The notes beneath the pieces were generated by a model that was not told the DNA's origin, ran no database searches, and was given only the letters and a program-made list of their open reading frames with translations. Shown here in pieces: positions 12,101 to 25,300 of a DNA stretch of 59,570 nucleotides. The DNA lies in assembly GCA_002633005.1 (NCBI GenBank), contig NMRA01000007.1:243484-303053 (forward strand), written 5' to 3'. This DNA comes from Phoronis australis (Eukaryota > Animalia > Phoronida). The number at the start of each line of letters is the position of its first letter. The first letter of the stretch is position 1. The translations under genes and the position numbers were made by a program.

Positions 12101-14294
12101 GACGGGTTCACTAACCCTCACTCATGTCATGAAACAGGTAAATAAAATCGACTGCGTGCAACGTGGAATCGATTTCCTCCAGTTTGTTTGTATACACATT
12201 TTGAGAAGGAAAATCATTGACTCACCAACGCACAATTACAGCAATCAATGACTTTTTTCAGGTTTTGTTACCACTCGAGATGCGGATTTACAAGTCAATA
12301 GCACTTTTGTCCCAGATAAAAACTTCTATTACATGTGAACGATAACATGAAGTGCGTCATTCACACGCGACAGCGGCAAAACTACTATTAAATATGAACT
12401 TTAGTATGAAGTGCGCCGATAACACCACACACAAAAAGGACGCGTAAATTAGAAAAAATGGAATATGCGTGGTTGAAATTAAAATTTCATATTGATCCGG
12501 ATATTGATTTTGAGAATTATTCGTCAAAATATTAATTAACTGAATGCTTCCCACAAACATGTTAAACGAATAATGCAAGTTCCCTTATTTCTACATAAGC
12601 AAAGAACAAAAAAATCCTCAATGAAAAAAATCGATCACTAAAATAGAAGCTTACTTATCTGATAGTGAAGACAATGTTTGGAAATCATGCATTAAATTGA
12701 CTTGTGCTGTCGAAACATTAATGGCGGTGCGAATAATAAACCATACTATGGAAGCTGCGCAGCTGGAATCGTGCAGTGTGACTCGTTAAGTTTGTTGTGG
12801 AGTTCCGCACGATACTTCACGTCCAGTCATACAAGTATGAAAGCAAATTACATCGGGTGGCCAAAAATGGCCCACTTTTTGTCTTGTAATATCCATGTAA
12901 TTAGTTGACCGACATTCATAAGACTTGGAAGAAAGTAACTTTGATCTTTTTGAAGCCAATAAAAGACAAGATATTCTTTGAAATACGAATGAATTTGAAT
13001 TGAAGGACGGATTCAATCCTACATATTATCAAGCGCCCTAGCTAAAAAAATCGTTATGTGACCATGGGGATTTTAAAACACCCCGCAGCGCTTATATTGT
13101 CAAAGGAAAATCTCACACTGGAAGCTGGAACTAGATGCTTCATAATCAACCCGTCAGTCAATTCAAAGCCGGTCGCCGAGAACTATTTTTAATGAGCACA
13201 AACCGGAGTATTTTATCTCATACACTGATGGCACAAAGTCGTGACCAAGGGCTATTTTTAGCTATTTCCTTTAGAGAAATCCATATTTTATCATCAAGTC
13301 TCTGTGGGCCGGAATCATGCGAGAAACAGGTTGTTTAGAGAGCTACTCGTTTTTTGATTCTAACTTTTCGATTTGATTATCCAAACACAAGTTCCAGTGT
13401 TGACTAAGTATGTTTTGCTTCGTGCAGTACGTGTACAGGTTCACTGTTGAGTTCTCAAGGTAGATACGTGTTCATGCCAAATAGCCTTTTTGCACTATGA
13501 TGGAGAGTTTTGCTGAATGACTTAACTGTATTCATCAAACTGACGACTTTGACCAGTACACACAGCCAGGTTTTCTTTAGGGAACCGGGTCCCGTCCACA
13601 CGTGTGTACTGAATTCGACAAGCAAAAATGGGAACTTTTGTTGAAAACGTTCTCCAAAGTGGAAATATTGGAAACACCGTATTCACCGTATTCGTGTGTA
13701 CAATGTAAAGGCAGGTTGTATTCGTGAACACGAACATTTGAAAATGCCGGCATTCTAAAAATGAAAACAGAGAGACATAGGCAGGGCATTACAATGAACT
13801 TCGTTTTTTTAATTTAACAACTTCCCTCCCGTTCAGTAACGCTAGGACGTCGCTAAAAAGCAAGACTGCGAGATTACGTGAGACACTGTTGTGTATTTTA
13901 AATGAGAACACGTGACTTCAGCTAGATTTAAGCTATAGGGTCCGACCGTAGGTCCTAGCGTTCATTCACGCCTGCTTAGCGGGAGCACTGTCAACTCACA
14001 ATATCACCTGCCGCCTGGTTCAGATGCAGAATCATGAAAGGCAGGAAGTCTGATCAGATTGCACACGAGGCGTTGAAAACAAGCGTTCACAAAGGAGTCC
14101 TAGCTGCCTTACGAGTAATTCGCAAGCCGAGTCCGTGCAGGCGGATAGCTACGAACTAGGCTAGTTGCCTTTTCGTGCCGGCCATGATGCGTCACCGCGA
14201 GATCCCAACACAAAGAACAAAAGGTCGATAATAGCTGTAATGAATAAGGGACTGAATAAAACAGCACTGCGTGCGGGTGCTATGTCGCAGCTGT

Positions 14295-14870
14295 TTGAAT
14301 TTAAGTCTATCTTGAACGGTAACAACTGTAAATTTAGTTCCTACAGTATGTTAAGAGCATCGCTCTGAGCCCACTAGTTCCCTAAATTGTCAAATATAAC
14401 AAACTTTTAGGCGTATTGATTTGCTTTTGTCTACGTCACCACGAGAATCACCTTTTAATTCAAACTGTTGCGAATAACACCCTCACGCTATGGTGTTCTA
14501 TTCAGACCCCTATTCAATACAACTGTTATCGGTCTTTTGTTGTTTTCCCTGGGATCTTGCGGTGACGCAATATGGCATGAAAAGGCAGCTTCACCTATCA
14601 TTTGACGGGACTAATTTGCGTGACTAAACTTGCGTTTTCTGATTTTGCTAGGGCTTTGCTACATCTATCTGGTTAACCCAATAAACCTAAAACAAAATTC
14701 CGTTAAAGTTACGCTTTAAAAGGTGATTCTTGCCGTGACGTAGGCAGAAGCTACCAAACAAGCCCTGAAACAGTTCATTACATTTGGCAATATATGTCTC
14801 AGAGCAATGCTCTTAACATATTGTATGAATCAAATTTACATTTGTTTCCGTTCCAGGTAGTCTTTGAATT
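14295..14870. repeat. Old foldback element with ~160-bp diverged inverted arms
   Basis: TATGTTAAGAGCATCGCTCTGAG / CTCAGAGCAATGCTCTTAACATA and CTACGTCACCACGAGAATCACCTTTTAA / TTAAAAGGTGATTCTTGCCGTGACGTAG. Confidence 0.7.
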
Positions 14871-17800
14871 GAATGAATTCTCCTCTTGGTGTGAGGTGTC
14901 AACTCTGCTATGTGGTTCACTTGAGACATACAGCTCAGCTCCTAGCTAGCTACCTGACTGCCCTGACACCGCAAGCGCGGTATCTAACCTACAATCTCCA
15001 CAGCTGCAGCCTGGTGTAACGCTCTGTTATCGGAGCTAAATTCCACTCGATAAATGATAATGTATTTTAAACGCAAAGTCAGCAGCCTTGAATTCTGCAC
15101 AGACGCTAGACCGAACAGGATTCACAACTCCGTTTCTCATGGTATACCCAAAAGAGGCGCCCAACCTAGTGTAGAGTTCAATAACGCTAGTATGGCTCTC
15201 TAGAAAAGCAAGATCTCGTGAAATTACGAGAGTTATTGCCAAGTATTTTTAATAAAAAACATGGAGATTTTTTATAAAAGTACGTGATTATTTGCAAGAA
15301 GGATTTTGAGGAACCAAAAACGTCTATGTCGTTAAAAACGTGACAATGTAAAGGCCGTCGAAGGCCAAGCCCTGGAATTAGATTTAACTAAGACGCATTT
15401 CCAACTTTTCCAACCCCAAAGTCAATGAAACTGAAAGAGCAACTTCAGTCAGGTAATGCTTAATCCCGTTACAATGTAAGGTGCACGTGATTTTAGTGAC
15501 ATGCGCAATCACATCTGGATGTATGAATATCATGATCAGGAAAAGGTTGGGGAGTAACAAAGCTAGAAAAAAGAATGCTCAAAACCAGGCGAGGATTCTA
15601 AACAACGAACGACCATTTAGTTTGGGGAAAAGAAAACCGTGCTGATTTTTTTTCTGGATAAAAGCAATGACGGTATTTGAACCAAAATAGGGGACAACAT
15701 AAAAAGTACCTCCATTCCTAAAGAAGTGAAACAAAATTTGTAGGGCCTTGTCGAGAAGTATGTGCACTTAGCCAAATATCTGCAAGACTACATATTTTGT
15801 CTCAGCAAAAGGAAATATTTTTTTGAAAGTATCAGTCGTTTAGAATTTGATTTTGACTTCTAATTTACCAACTTGACATTGAGTTACGTGACCAGGTCTT
15901 TAATGAAATATAAGAAAACGAATGGTAAATTAATCGCAAAATAACGATATCTAGACAAGTTGATGGATTTCAATGACACTTAACAGAACTGTGCAACAGT
16001 CATTTTTCAGTCAACTACTCATGCAGCACCCCCAGTGGTCAGTTTGTCTGGTTGTTCCGTTGTCCAATAATTGTCTGCTCGGAGTTTGATGAAATTTGGC
16101 ACAACGATATAGGGGATCAATAGGACGGTACACGCCACGGTTCAGTCTGGACCAAGGGGCTTTTCAGATGGAGGAAAAGCCTTTGCGGATATCTAAAGAA
16201 TGGATTGACAGTTTTCAACGAAACTGTGGTATGTGATGGCAACGTGGCGGCACCAGAAACAGTTTTGAATAGATTCCAGCAAGTGCTATACCCCTTATGT
16301 CATTTTGTGTGCGTCTTTGTATCAACCGAATCCTGCGATTGTTCTCGGTGAGAAGTAGGTAACACCTGCAAAACTTCGGTTGCCTAGAGTCAGCGTTCCT
16401 TTGTGGCAATTCTTCATTTCTTTTTGAACATGTTTGATTTGATGTTATACCGTTAAGATTCTCCGAGTATTTAAAAGGGAAAGGTGGTAACAATATCCGC
16501 CCAAGGTGGAGTTTGACGCACAAATCGTACGGATGGTTTTGTTACGTGGATTAATTATATTTGATTGAATGAGTTGTTTGAAAAAGTCAATTAAAATCCT
16601 TGAACTAGCATTTGCTAAGCTCTGGACTGTGGAAAACTTTTATTGCATAACAAGAATTCTTTTAGTATTTTGTTGTTAATCTTTTTCAAGGGGACATGCA
16701 GGCTCATATACGGCTGGATGTGCTACTTTTCAATACTTGCGTTTGTTTTTCCGAAGGTTTCCTGTGAGTATACACCTATGTCAATTTAATGAAACAAAGG
16801 ATACTGTTATGTCAAGGTCTGGCTATAAGGAAACCTAAGTGGGTCCTCTAATGACACTGCTAAATATAACAGGTTGTTAACTTACACTTTAAGAGCCCAA
16901 AGGAAGTTCATATCGAAAAATATATTCCCTTCACTACTATTTGAGCATAATTGTGTACTGCAAGGGTAATTTTTGCTCAGCTTTTGTGTGAACTCAACTT
17001 TGGTCTAAGCTCGACTACATCGAGGTTTATGCATATTCCATTCCAAGTTAGTACTTGATGACACCTAGATTCGAGCAACAAACTCGAGTAAAAACCCAGA
17101 ACTTCGAGTTGATAGTCGAACTTTATAATGCTAGGGTCATCAAGTGTAAACCATCATGCCCCTACTCTCTTGTGCATAGAATAATAGGCACTCAACTTGA
17201 GTTCCCACAAAAGCAGAGTAGTAAATGCGAGCAACAGAGTTCGATTTTGAGTAAAAAGATTATACCACAGATCCAGACAGCACGATTTGCTTGGGGTCTC
17301 TTTTGAGGTCGTTTTGCATTTCAAGCACGCGACCGAGGTGTGAACATTTCGGCGAAGTTCCAGTCTTATTATATTCTCTATTTTGATCCTCAGAAGGACC
17401 GGTAAATTGAAATATTTCAAGTTCATCGATGATTTGTCAACGGAGTAGTGGTCAAACTGCCGACAAAGTGAAACCTGGCTGATATTTGAAGTCAACGTAA
17501 GATAAAAGTTAGGAAGAAATAAATCACCGACTACGATGCCATCGCCACCACCACCACTGAGTTGAACTTCCTATTTTGTCACCTTAATACCGCTTTGACT
17601 GAATAGGTTTTCGTTTAAATGTACTAAAAACGGTCCACTGTATGCAGAAAACGCCTTTTAATATTTTACAACTTGTTAGTGAACGCCTGTCTCGCAAAAT
17701 TGTATACGTCCATTTTTCTGAAATGATTTAGCGTGGACCCACAAAAAAGCTGACGGCGGGCTTTTTTGGAAAAGGTGGTGAGATTTTTTCGATTCCTTAC

Positions 17801-18229
17801 CACAGCGCCCTCATTTAGCAACGGGCTTCAGAAGTCCCGTAAGAGGGAACTAGTGACCACTATTAATGACAATCCAATCAATGGCAAGTCAATTATAAAC
17901 TATGATACACAGTGCCATGAGTACTGCGTAACTGCTGCAAAACCTTGTAAATACAACAGTCAACAAAGTTACTGGGAAAACCGTTGCCAAGCAACAAAAA
18001 ACTAAGATAGTTGAGTTCATAATCAAACAGTGCAGTCACTACAAATTTTCCAGGGTCTACACAACAGGGCGGTGACCAAGTCTGTTTTGTGCTTCCAAGC
18101 AAGGTAGCTACGCCACCTCAAGTCACAGTCCTGAAGAAGTAGGTTTGCGATACACCATGCCAAGAATTATATGATGACACTTGGCTTATCTCAAAATCCA
18201 ACTGGATGCTGCCTGGTGGTTTGGTAATT

Positions 18230-19235
18230 GGCCTAATTATGTTGCACACCCAGCAGAATTAATGAGGAACATATTATTGCAACATTAAACAAATGTTTTA
18301 GCTTGTAAAAGTCACATTTCTTATCCAATTTTGAAAATGCAAAAACCTAATCACTTGCTTTTCACGAACTATTGAAATATACCATTCATAAACTCTCAGA
18401 ACGAAACTTTGAAAATATTATTGTCGAACCCAATGTGTTCATGGTGGTCTCATTTTCTAGATAACAATAACATTAGCAGCCTGGGGCGAGTGACAACAAC
18501 AGCATGGTGTCTTTCATCTAAACCGGCGCATTCTGTGGAGTGCAAATCGGTCGAGTTGTTCAATCTCGACTGGTTGGGATGTCAACGTAGGATTCAATCG
18601 GAATCATGGCGAGTAACCAAAACATATCCAACGAATGAAGAGAGTTGTTATTCTCAACGTCCATGGTAAACTTGATATTATTACAAAGAGAATTCATCCA
18701 ATCTAGAAAAGGTGAAACGCTATTACGGTAACAAAATATCAAGAAAATGTAATCATCATAGCGCTTGTAATAGATAGTAACTCAGTAGGACAATCTCACA
18801 TCCCAAGAATTGTACACTTGACTTTCCTCAATTTCCAACTGCTGCCTGCTGGTTCATGAGCCTTAGTTGGTAATTCCCCAATAAGAGAGAGAGAGAAGTT
18901 AATGAGAAGAATATTATCTAATGCTCACACCAGTGTAGACTGTTAGATATACAAGATAGCCAAGCTAGAACGATAACATCAACAGCCTGTTGGGTCCGCA
19001 GCTATGTAATTGTCTACAACTAAATGGTTTCTTAAGAGATTGCCGGTGGATTTCAAGGCTGAACCGGTGTAGTTGCCCACTCTCGACCGGTGTGGTTGTC
19101 AACGTAGGATTCTTTTCATATGAAAGCAATATCCTCGATTTGAGCCATCCAAATGTTGTCTAATACTAGTGGTCCATGCAGACTACCCATGGCGACACCA
19201 TCTTGCTTATCAAAGTACCTATAAAACTCGTCGAC
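18230..19235 (-). pseudogene. Decayed Penelope-like retroelement reverse transcriptase fragments
   Basis: Minus-strand KQDGVAMGSLHGPL..NIWM (~19130-19210), YYKRYDDYIFLIF (~18735-18775) and FLDWMNSLCNNIKFTMDVENNNSL, broken by stops and frameshifts; outer boundaries approximate. Confidence 0.75.
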
Positions 19236-19374
19236 GTACGTCCAAAACTTCTCAAATTTTCCCACCCCCTACCATCCCCCTTTTCAGCATTCTCTCGTAC
19301 CTCCACGTGGCCGGCGATCTTTATGTGCCCATCTTACCAGAGGTTAGTATTTTTTACCTTACTTATGTTTAGTC

Positions 19375-19482
19375 ACTAATTTTACTGGTAATTGTATTAG
19401 TCATATAACTTCCATACTTATAATTGTATTTGTCATATAAATGACCTTACTTGTAATTGTATTAGTCATAATAAATGACCTT
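19375..19482. repeat. Degenerate ~31-bp tandem repeat, about 3 copies
   Basis: TAATTGTATT[AT]GTCATA recurs three times. Confidence 0.7.
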
Positions 19483-19626
19483 ATATCGCCTACCCAGGTC
19501 TTGGTTTCATCTCTGGTAACGAGCTTGCGACGCACGAACTACCATATAACATTCGGGACATATGTCGATCATAAATGATTTTCTTCAACAGTAGTAGTCT
19601 TCAACTGGAGGTCTACTTAAGTTATG

Positions 19627-19899
19627 CATGCGCGCACCCAGCCTAAAAAGTGGAGGGCTCGAATTTTTAAGAATGTGGACCTTTTACTAAGTTTCGCGGG
19701 GTAGTTCAGAGCTATGAATTGTGCATTCACCGTATTTGGGTAGTTCTTGCCTTTTTAATGGACTTTTGTCTCGTTATCTACTTTTTTTCGGAGTTTTTGT
19801 TTCTCTGGGGCGGACTTTTTGGCCCACTTCGCCAAATCGGGGGCTCGGAGTTCGAGCCTGCCGAGCCCTTCTTCCCCCGCCCCCCTGAGTGCGCGCATG
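19627..19899. mobile_element. Shorter copy of the same MITE with 5-bp TSD
   Basis: CATGCGCGCACCCAG...CTGAGTGCGCGCATG flanked by TTATG/TTATG. Confidence 0.8.
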
Positions 19900-20493
19900 T
19901 TATGCACAATATCAGTGTTGCAAAAGAGTTTGTTAAGGTAATGAGTGACGGTCGCATGAACAGATTAACTACGTCATAACTTGCAATTTATTGGATCTTC
20001 ATCAGTCACTTTAAACCGACAGCTACACCGACAGTAAGCAATTATTGTCCGACAGTTAAATTTGTTGCAGTTTTTAGGCCATAGAATCCTTGTCCAAACT
20101 TAAACCTAAAAAAACGTGCTGAGCAGTAACGTCAGGTGTACTGTAACGATTACCATTTCACTCTGCCATGAGCAATCAAATTTTTCCTCACAGGCTGGCT
20201 GAACAAAAGAAGGACGGACACCAACAGTGACCTGGGTACTCATTCCATCAACACCGGTCTCAGTATATGGGTTTCATGAGGTCAAGGTTCTTGTTAACTG
20301 AGACAAACTTTAAATCTGTGCAGGTCTTCACATACAAGCCCTCCATGCTGCAACGTGACTCAAGACAATAGCAATGTTGGACCATGCAGGGTGGAATTCG
20401 AAGTTTTTCAGTTGCCAGGTGTACTGTTTGGAGAAGTGAACATTCTGTTACGATAATTCGTTCCATTCTGTTTGGCTACTGAACCTGAGAATG

Positions 20494-20560
20494 CATGGGC
20501 GGGGCAGCACTGAAAAAGTGGGGCTATAACCCCCCAGCCCCCTCTCGTACGCCGCCCATG
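20494..20560. mobile_element. 67-bp CATG-ended mini-transposon with 5-bp TSD
   Basis: CATGGGCGG...CCGCCCATG flanked by GAATG/GAATG. Confidence 0.8.
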
Positions 20561-22081
20561 GAATGATATTGGCATAATATGGAAACGTCGTTTTCATGCT
20601 GCACCCTAGATCATTTTTGTTTTCCATATCTTGCTTCATAAATCTTGTGCACGCCACTTTAAATTAAATGGTGAAATAATTTCCGGAGTTTTCGAAACCA
20701 TCAATCAAACATATGATTTTTTTGTTTTCCCGTTTCAGATGAATAATAACTGGACATGTTGTTGAGTAAATTCTACAGCTTGGCAAGCAGCTAAATAACG
20801 CCCAGTTTGCGGAAACTCAAATCAAACAGACAGCTTGGTGTTAATGTAAATGACAAATCGGTTGGGAAAATGTCACTTATGAGAAGGCAGTTGGGCAACA
20901 GTATCTCGTACGCCCCGAGTGAGGTCGCCGTCAGTCAAACATTTCGAACACTGATAACGAATCACGATATTAATTTTGTGTTGCATTTTCATGCCGTTTG
21001 ATTAATGTGGCGATTCCCGGGTTGACTGCAGCTTCGATAGTCAGCATAATTGTTGTCAAAACTTATAGAACTGTTTCAGCAGCTATACACCAGGAGCCTT
21101 CGGTAACAAAATGCTAACTTTTGCCGCAGGTCCGTTACAAACTGGTCTCCAACGTGTTCCCATCGCTTTCTGAGTATGACGTCATTTTGACGTTTTGGAC
21201 CCCGCCAAATAAGACTAAACTGCAAAAATTGAAAACAAGAATAATAATTAATCTAGTATTACGACTACCACAACCACTTCACTCTGCTGGAGCATACCGT
21301 TTTAGGAACACACAGTAAATCAAAAAATATAAAATCAAGTTCTAAATGGTCCCCAAAGTGAACCGGAAAAGATCCAAGACCTGCAAAAATTTTGAATATG
21401 TGATGTGACTGCATTTCTATTTCTATGGGTCCAAATCGCGTCATAATAGTGTCTGTTCCGTCACCTCTGAGCAATCGAATTGGAAGAGGTTTCATGGGGG
21501 CGTAGGAAGAACTGAGAGATCGTTCTTGCTTCAGACTAATGCCCTCTACAAAAAATAACACTCCAACTCGAGCAACTTTACATGTTCTACCCGAGGCTCC
21601 TCTTGAGAAATAACAAATTGTCTGTTCCTCCCACCACCAGGTGTCACTTCTACCGACTCTGAGCGTAAGGAACAATTTGAAATTAATTTTCAAAACGGCT
21701 GGAGTTATAAATATCATTTTTTACAGGGGTGGGTTTATAGTTGCTTTTTAAAACAAAAAAAAACGTGACTTTTTTACTGCTATCAAATAAGGAAAAATTT
21801 GCACAAGATCCCAATCCAGACGAATGACATAACTTCATCCCTACATTGCTAGATTTATGGAATTTTATGTTATGAGATAAAGTTCACGAAAAATTGTGAA
21901 TATTACACTAGTAACTTTTATCGATTAGTTGGGGATGGCTTAATTTTAACACCTGTTTATTTTGGGGCCAAGGTCGTCCATGAGTCCTAAGGAGCAGTTT
22001 ATATTATGATGTCGCCTTAACTGTGGGCAGGCTGGCACCAATTCGGTGGCTTCTCGTGGCGCTCAGATCTTCCACTTATGA

Positions 22082-22407
22082 TATGCTGTGCGTGAACTTG
22101 GAATCCTGCTTAATCTCAAGATCGCGTATGCGTGAACTTGTAATTGAATATTCTTTAAGGCAATCAGGTGGAATTTTTGTTCGGTGAAAAGAATTTTTGT
22201 AATTATTGGCCTCACGATAAACCACTTTCTCCCTTACCGTAACTTGTGTCGCTGAACCAGAGTAATATTTGAATGGCTAAATCAATTATTATTTGGTGAA
22301 ATAGATCACCAGTAGTTGAAAAGGTTCAGGTTAAAATTGACATTATTTTATTCACGCATAATCGATCTTGAGATTAAGTAGGATTCCTAGTTCACGTACA
22401 GCAGATA
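22082..22407. mobile_element. MITE with ~55-bp TIRs
   Basis: TGCTGTGCGTGAACTTGGAATCCTGCTTAATCTCAAGATCG / CGATCTTGAGATTAAGTAGGATTCCTAGTTCACGTACAGCA. Confidence 0.7.
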
Positions 22408-23214
22408 CGCTCCCATGATCTAGTCCCAGCTTTTTTTCCTTTTGCACTGTCTAATAACCCACAAATAATAGATGTCCTGATTTCCAACATTCGCGTTATG
22501 AAGGCGTTGTCACAAACTTGCAACCGTGATTTATCATGAGAATCGTAAAATGTAGATATTATACATGCTCATTTTATACTTACAAGTTAGTTGAATCCAT
22601 CCGAAAATCAACGCCAGCTATGAACTAAACACACATGGAAAAATCTCACAAATTCCATAAAAATATTGGTATATAGTCAGGCAGATGCAAAGAAAACCCA
22701 AATTCCCAAAAGGAGGCATTAACGACAAAAATCAACACCAAATGCCAAACTTGATGATGATCAATTAACGAACTTGGTAGATACCGAGGCAGACACAAAC
22801 TTGTCACTTTTGAATCGCCATAATGGTTGTTAATATCTGAAATCAAAAAGCTCTCCTCAATACCAATATATCTGTCGAGTTTCATAATGATCCTTTAAGC
22901 TGTTTGACAGACTCAAAAAAAATAAAAATTATATAACTATGGGATGCAAAATACATTGAACCCGTCTGAAGTTGGGATGGTATCATCTCAATAGAAACCA
23001 TCAAGAGACTTGATAGATATACAGGCAAACGCAAAAATGACAGTATAGGGCACAGCTGGACTTGGGTTAGTCTGAAATATGTGGCCATCAGCGTCATATA
23101 CCTGTAGGAACAGATATGCCAAATCTCATGAAAATCCTGCAAGGGTGTGGAAGACACAGCTGTGGAAGTCAGCAGCCCACATACACATGGCACCAATATA
23201 AAAATAGGGATAGA

Positions 23215-23370
23215 CTATGTGGCTCAGTGGTTTGATCTCCGGACTCCCATTCGGGCGACCCCGGTTTGAATCCCTAGCCTTACTGGCAGCTCATGGAGCA
23301 CTGCGCAAAAATGTCTCCTACTCCTCTGAGTTTGGTCTTAGGCCTACTTGTGAATGAGTACTTGGATATA
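23215..23370 (+). mobile_element. tRNA-derived SINE, degenerate
   Basis: A box TGGCTCAGTGG (23220) and B box GGTTTGAATCC (23263) at tRNA spacing, no acceptor stem, followed by a non-tRNA body. Confidence 0.6.
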
Positions 23371-25112
23371 ATGCAAAACGATTTCTGGGGCTGTGCTCAT
23401 ATTGTTTAAAATATAAAAATGGGTAACTTTTCTTGGCCCATCCTCATTTTTGTAATTTACAAAGCCCAGTGACACTGCCTGTCACAAATTTAGCAAAATT
23501 GACTATGTAAACACCTGCAATTTATATTATTAAGTGATTATGTCACCTTTGACAAAATTAATTCCCGCCCCTAAAACAGTGCAAACCAAGATAGTGTTTA
23601 AAAAGAGTTCTATTAATGATGAGATGAATGTCAACTGGCATTAACCATACTAACTATTGTTTTCACACACACACAAAAGGTTTCAGAACAAACTTGATTT
23701 GCAAACTGTCATTTTACACTGGCCAAAGATTCAGCTCACCAACTAGACAGATCACCCAACTCCTCAAAAACAAATTCGTTTGACACACCAAAAAAACCTT
23801 CTCCCATAAATTGAAAACTACACATTGTCACCAGTCAATAGATTATTTGCCAACCCCAGCTAAATTAACTACCCACAGGAGGGACACACCTCCCATAAAT
23901 CTCATCCTCGTGGCGTTACATTTGCGTACATCCACTCCCAGCAACCAACTCGGTTCATCGAGTACAGGGTTCTTTGTTCCACTTCCGTTCAGCGCAAAAA
24001 CAGTAAAAGTTGCGGATCTGACTGGAGGTGAGAGTTCATCAGAGTTTGTCAAAGACCAACTTGATATGTGCGAATCATGACTGCATCAGTTAACTTTGTC
24101 CCAATTAAGTGAAAATCCAACCAAGGGGCTGCAACGATCCCAATGACTCAGTTCCTCCCTATAGTCTGTAACCTTTACAATAAAAGTACGTATTTTGGAA
24201 ATGATAATTATGTACTTTCTAATAGTTTTCTGAAAATTAAAATTTAATCAAAGCATAATGCCACACATGAAAATAAAGAAATTTAGATTAAATCGTGTTC
24301 CAAGTAAAAAGCGACACTAAAATCTCAAAATGTCGATGTTTTGTGGTTGACATGGTTGATTCGTCAGGGATGCAGCCAAAGAGAACTGATTATTTTCTTG
24401 TAATACTTGATCCACACTGATATTATAGAAACACAGCGTCCCAGTGCTGAAGTCAGCATGATGAATTCCTATTCTCGATTTCTAAATATTTGTCTCCAAA
24501 GTTGCGCTCTTGAAACCATGACACGATTTCTAAAGCAGATGATATCTCACAATGGTAAGCCATGTAAGCATGTTATTTGTTAGCATGTTTTTATTTGGTT
24601 AATCAAGCACAAAACAGAGAGCCCAAAATCCACACTCCCATTTTATTGGTGGAATCTTGCACTTTCGCCCATTTCCGTCAGTTACCAATTCTTCTGTCTC
24701 TAATCTTTTCCAACCTGACGCTTGAAAAACGCCGATAGTTATTAAGATATGTTTTTACATGCAGCTGATTTTTTTAAGAGAAATTAATGTTTAAAATTCG
24801 TAAAATCTTCTGTAGGAAGTGATTTTTAGGCCTGGCTAAGCGTACGTAGAGTTCCAGTAACTCCCTAGCAGTTGGCACAACTGAGGTAGTTATGTTCAAG
24901 GTTCTTTCCCACTGCCATCTAGCAAGGCATGTACAGGCTTCACAATACCATACACAGATCAAACGAAAGTTCATTCCCAGTACATCAGTCTAATGCAAGG
25001 ATGACTTGCTCTGCTTGCTGTATCCCAGCTTCTGGTGTCAAAGCCTAGCATGCTCTTTAATCCAGCAGCAATTCAATCCCTTGAGACTAGTCTAATGCTA
25101 GAATGATACTTG

Positions 25113-25300
25113 CTAGGATGATTTGGTTTGCTTGCTGTGTCCCAGCCCCTGGCGTCGAGGCCTCAGGAATGCATGAACAGGATTCTTTATTCCACTGCCA
25201 TCCAGCCCCAGTCCATCCCCTGGTGACCAGCCCATGTTCTCCAGCATCTGTCGGCCAATATTGGATGACGGTAGCGGTGGAGCGTTGCCACCGACACAAC
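25113..25300 (-). CDS. GPATCH2: GPATCH2 terminal exon, G-patch domain
   Basis: ccaacag| acceptor; canonical G-patch; TAG stop. Confidence 0.93.

Noticed and set aside
21265-21717. 150-aa minus-strand ORF
   Set aside because: No recognisable motif and no compatible exon chain
23215-23290. Functional tRNA gene
   Set aside because: A and B boxes are present but there is no acceptor stem or clean cloverleaf; it fits a SINE head better
23843-24172. Additional coding exon of GPATCH2
   Set aside because: The candidate acceptor leads to early stops, and the G-patch exon already ends in TAG; at most UTR
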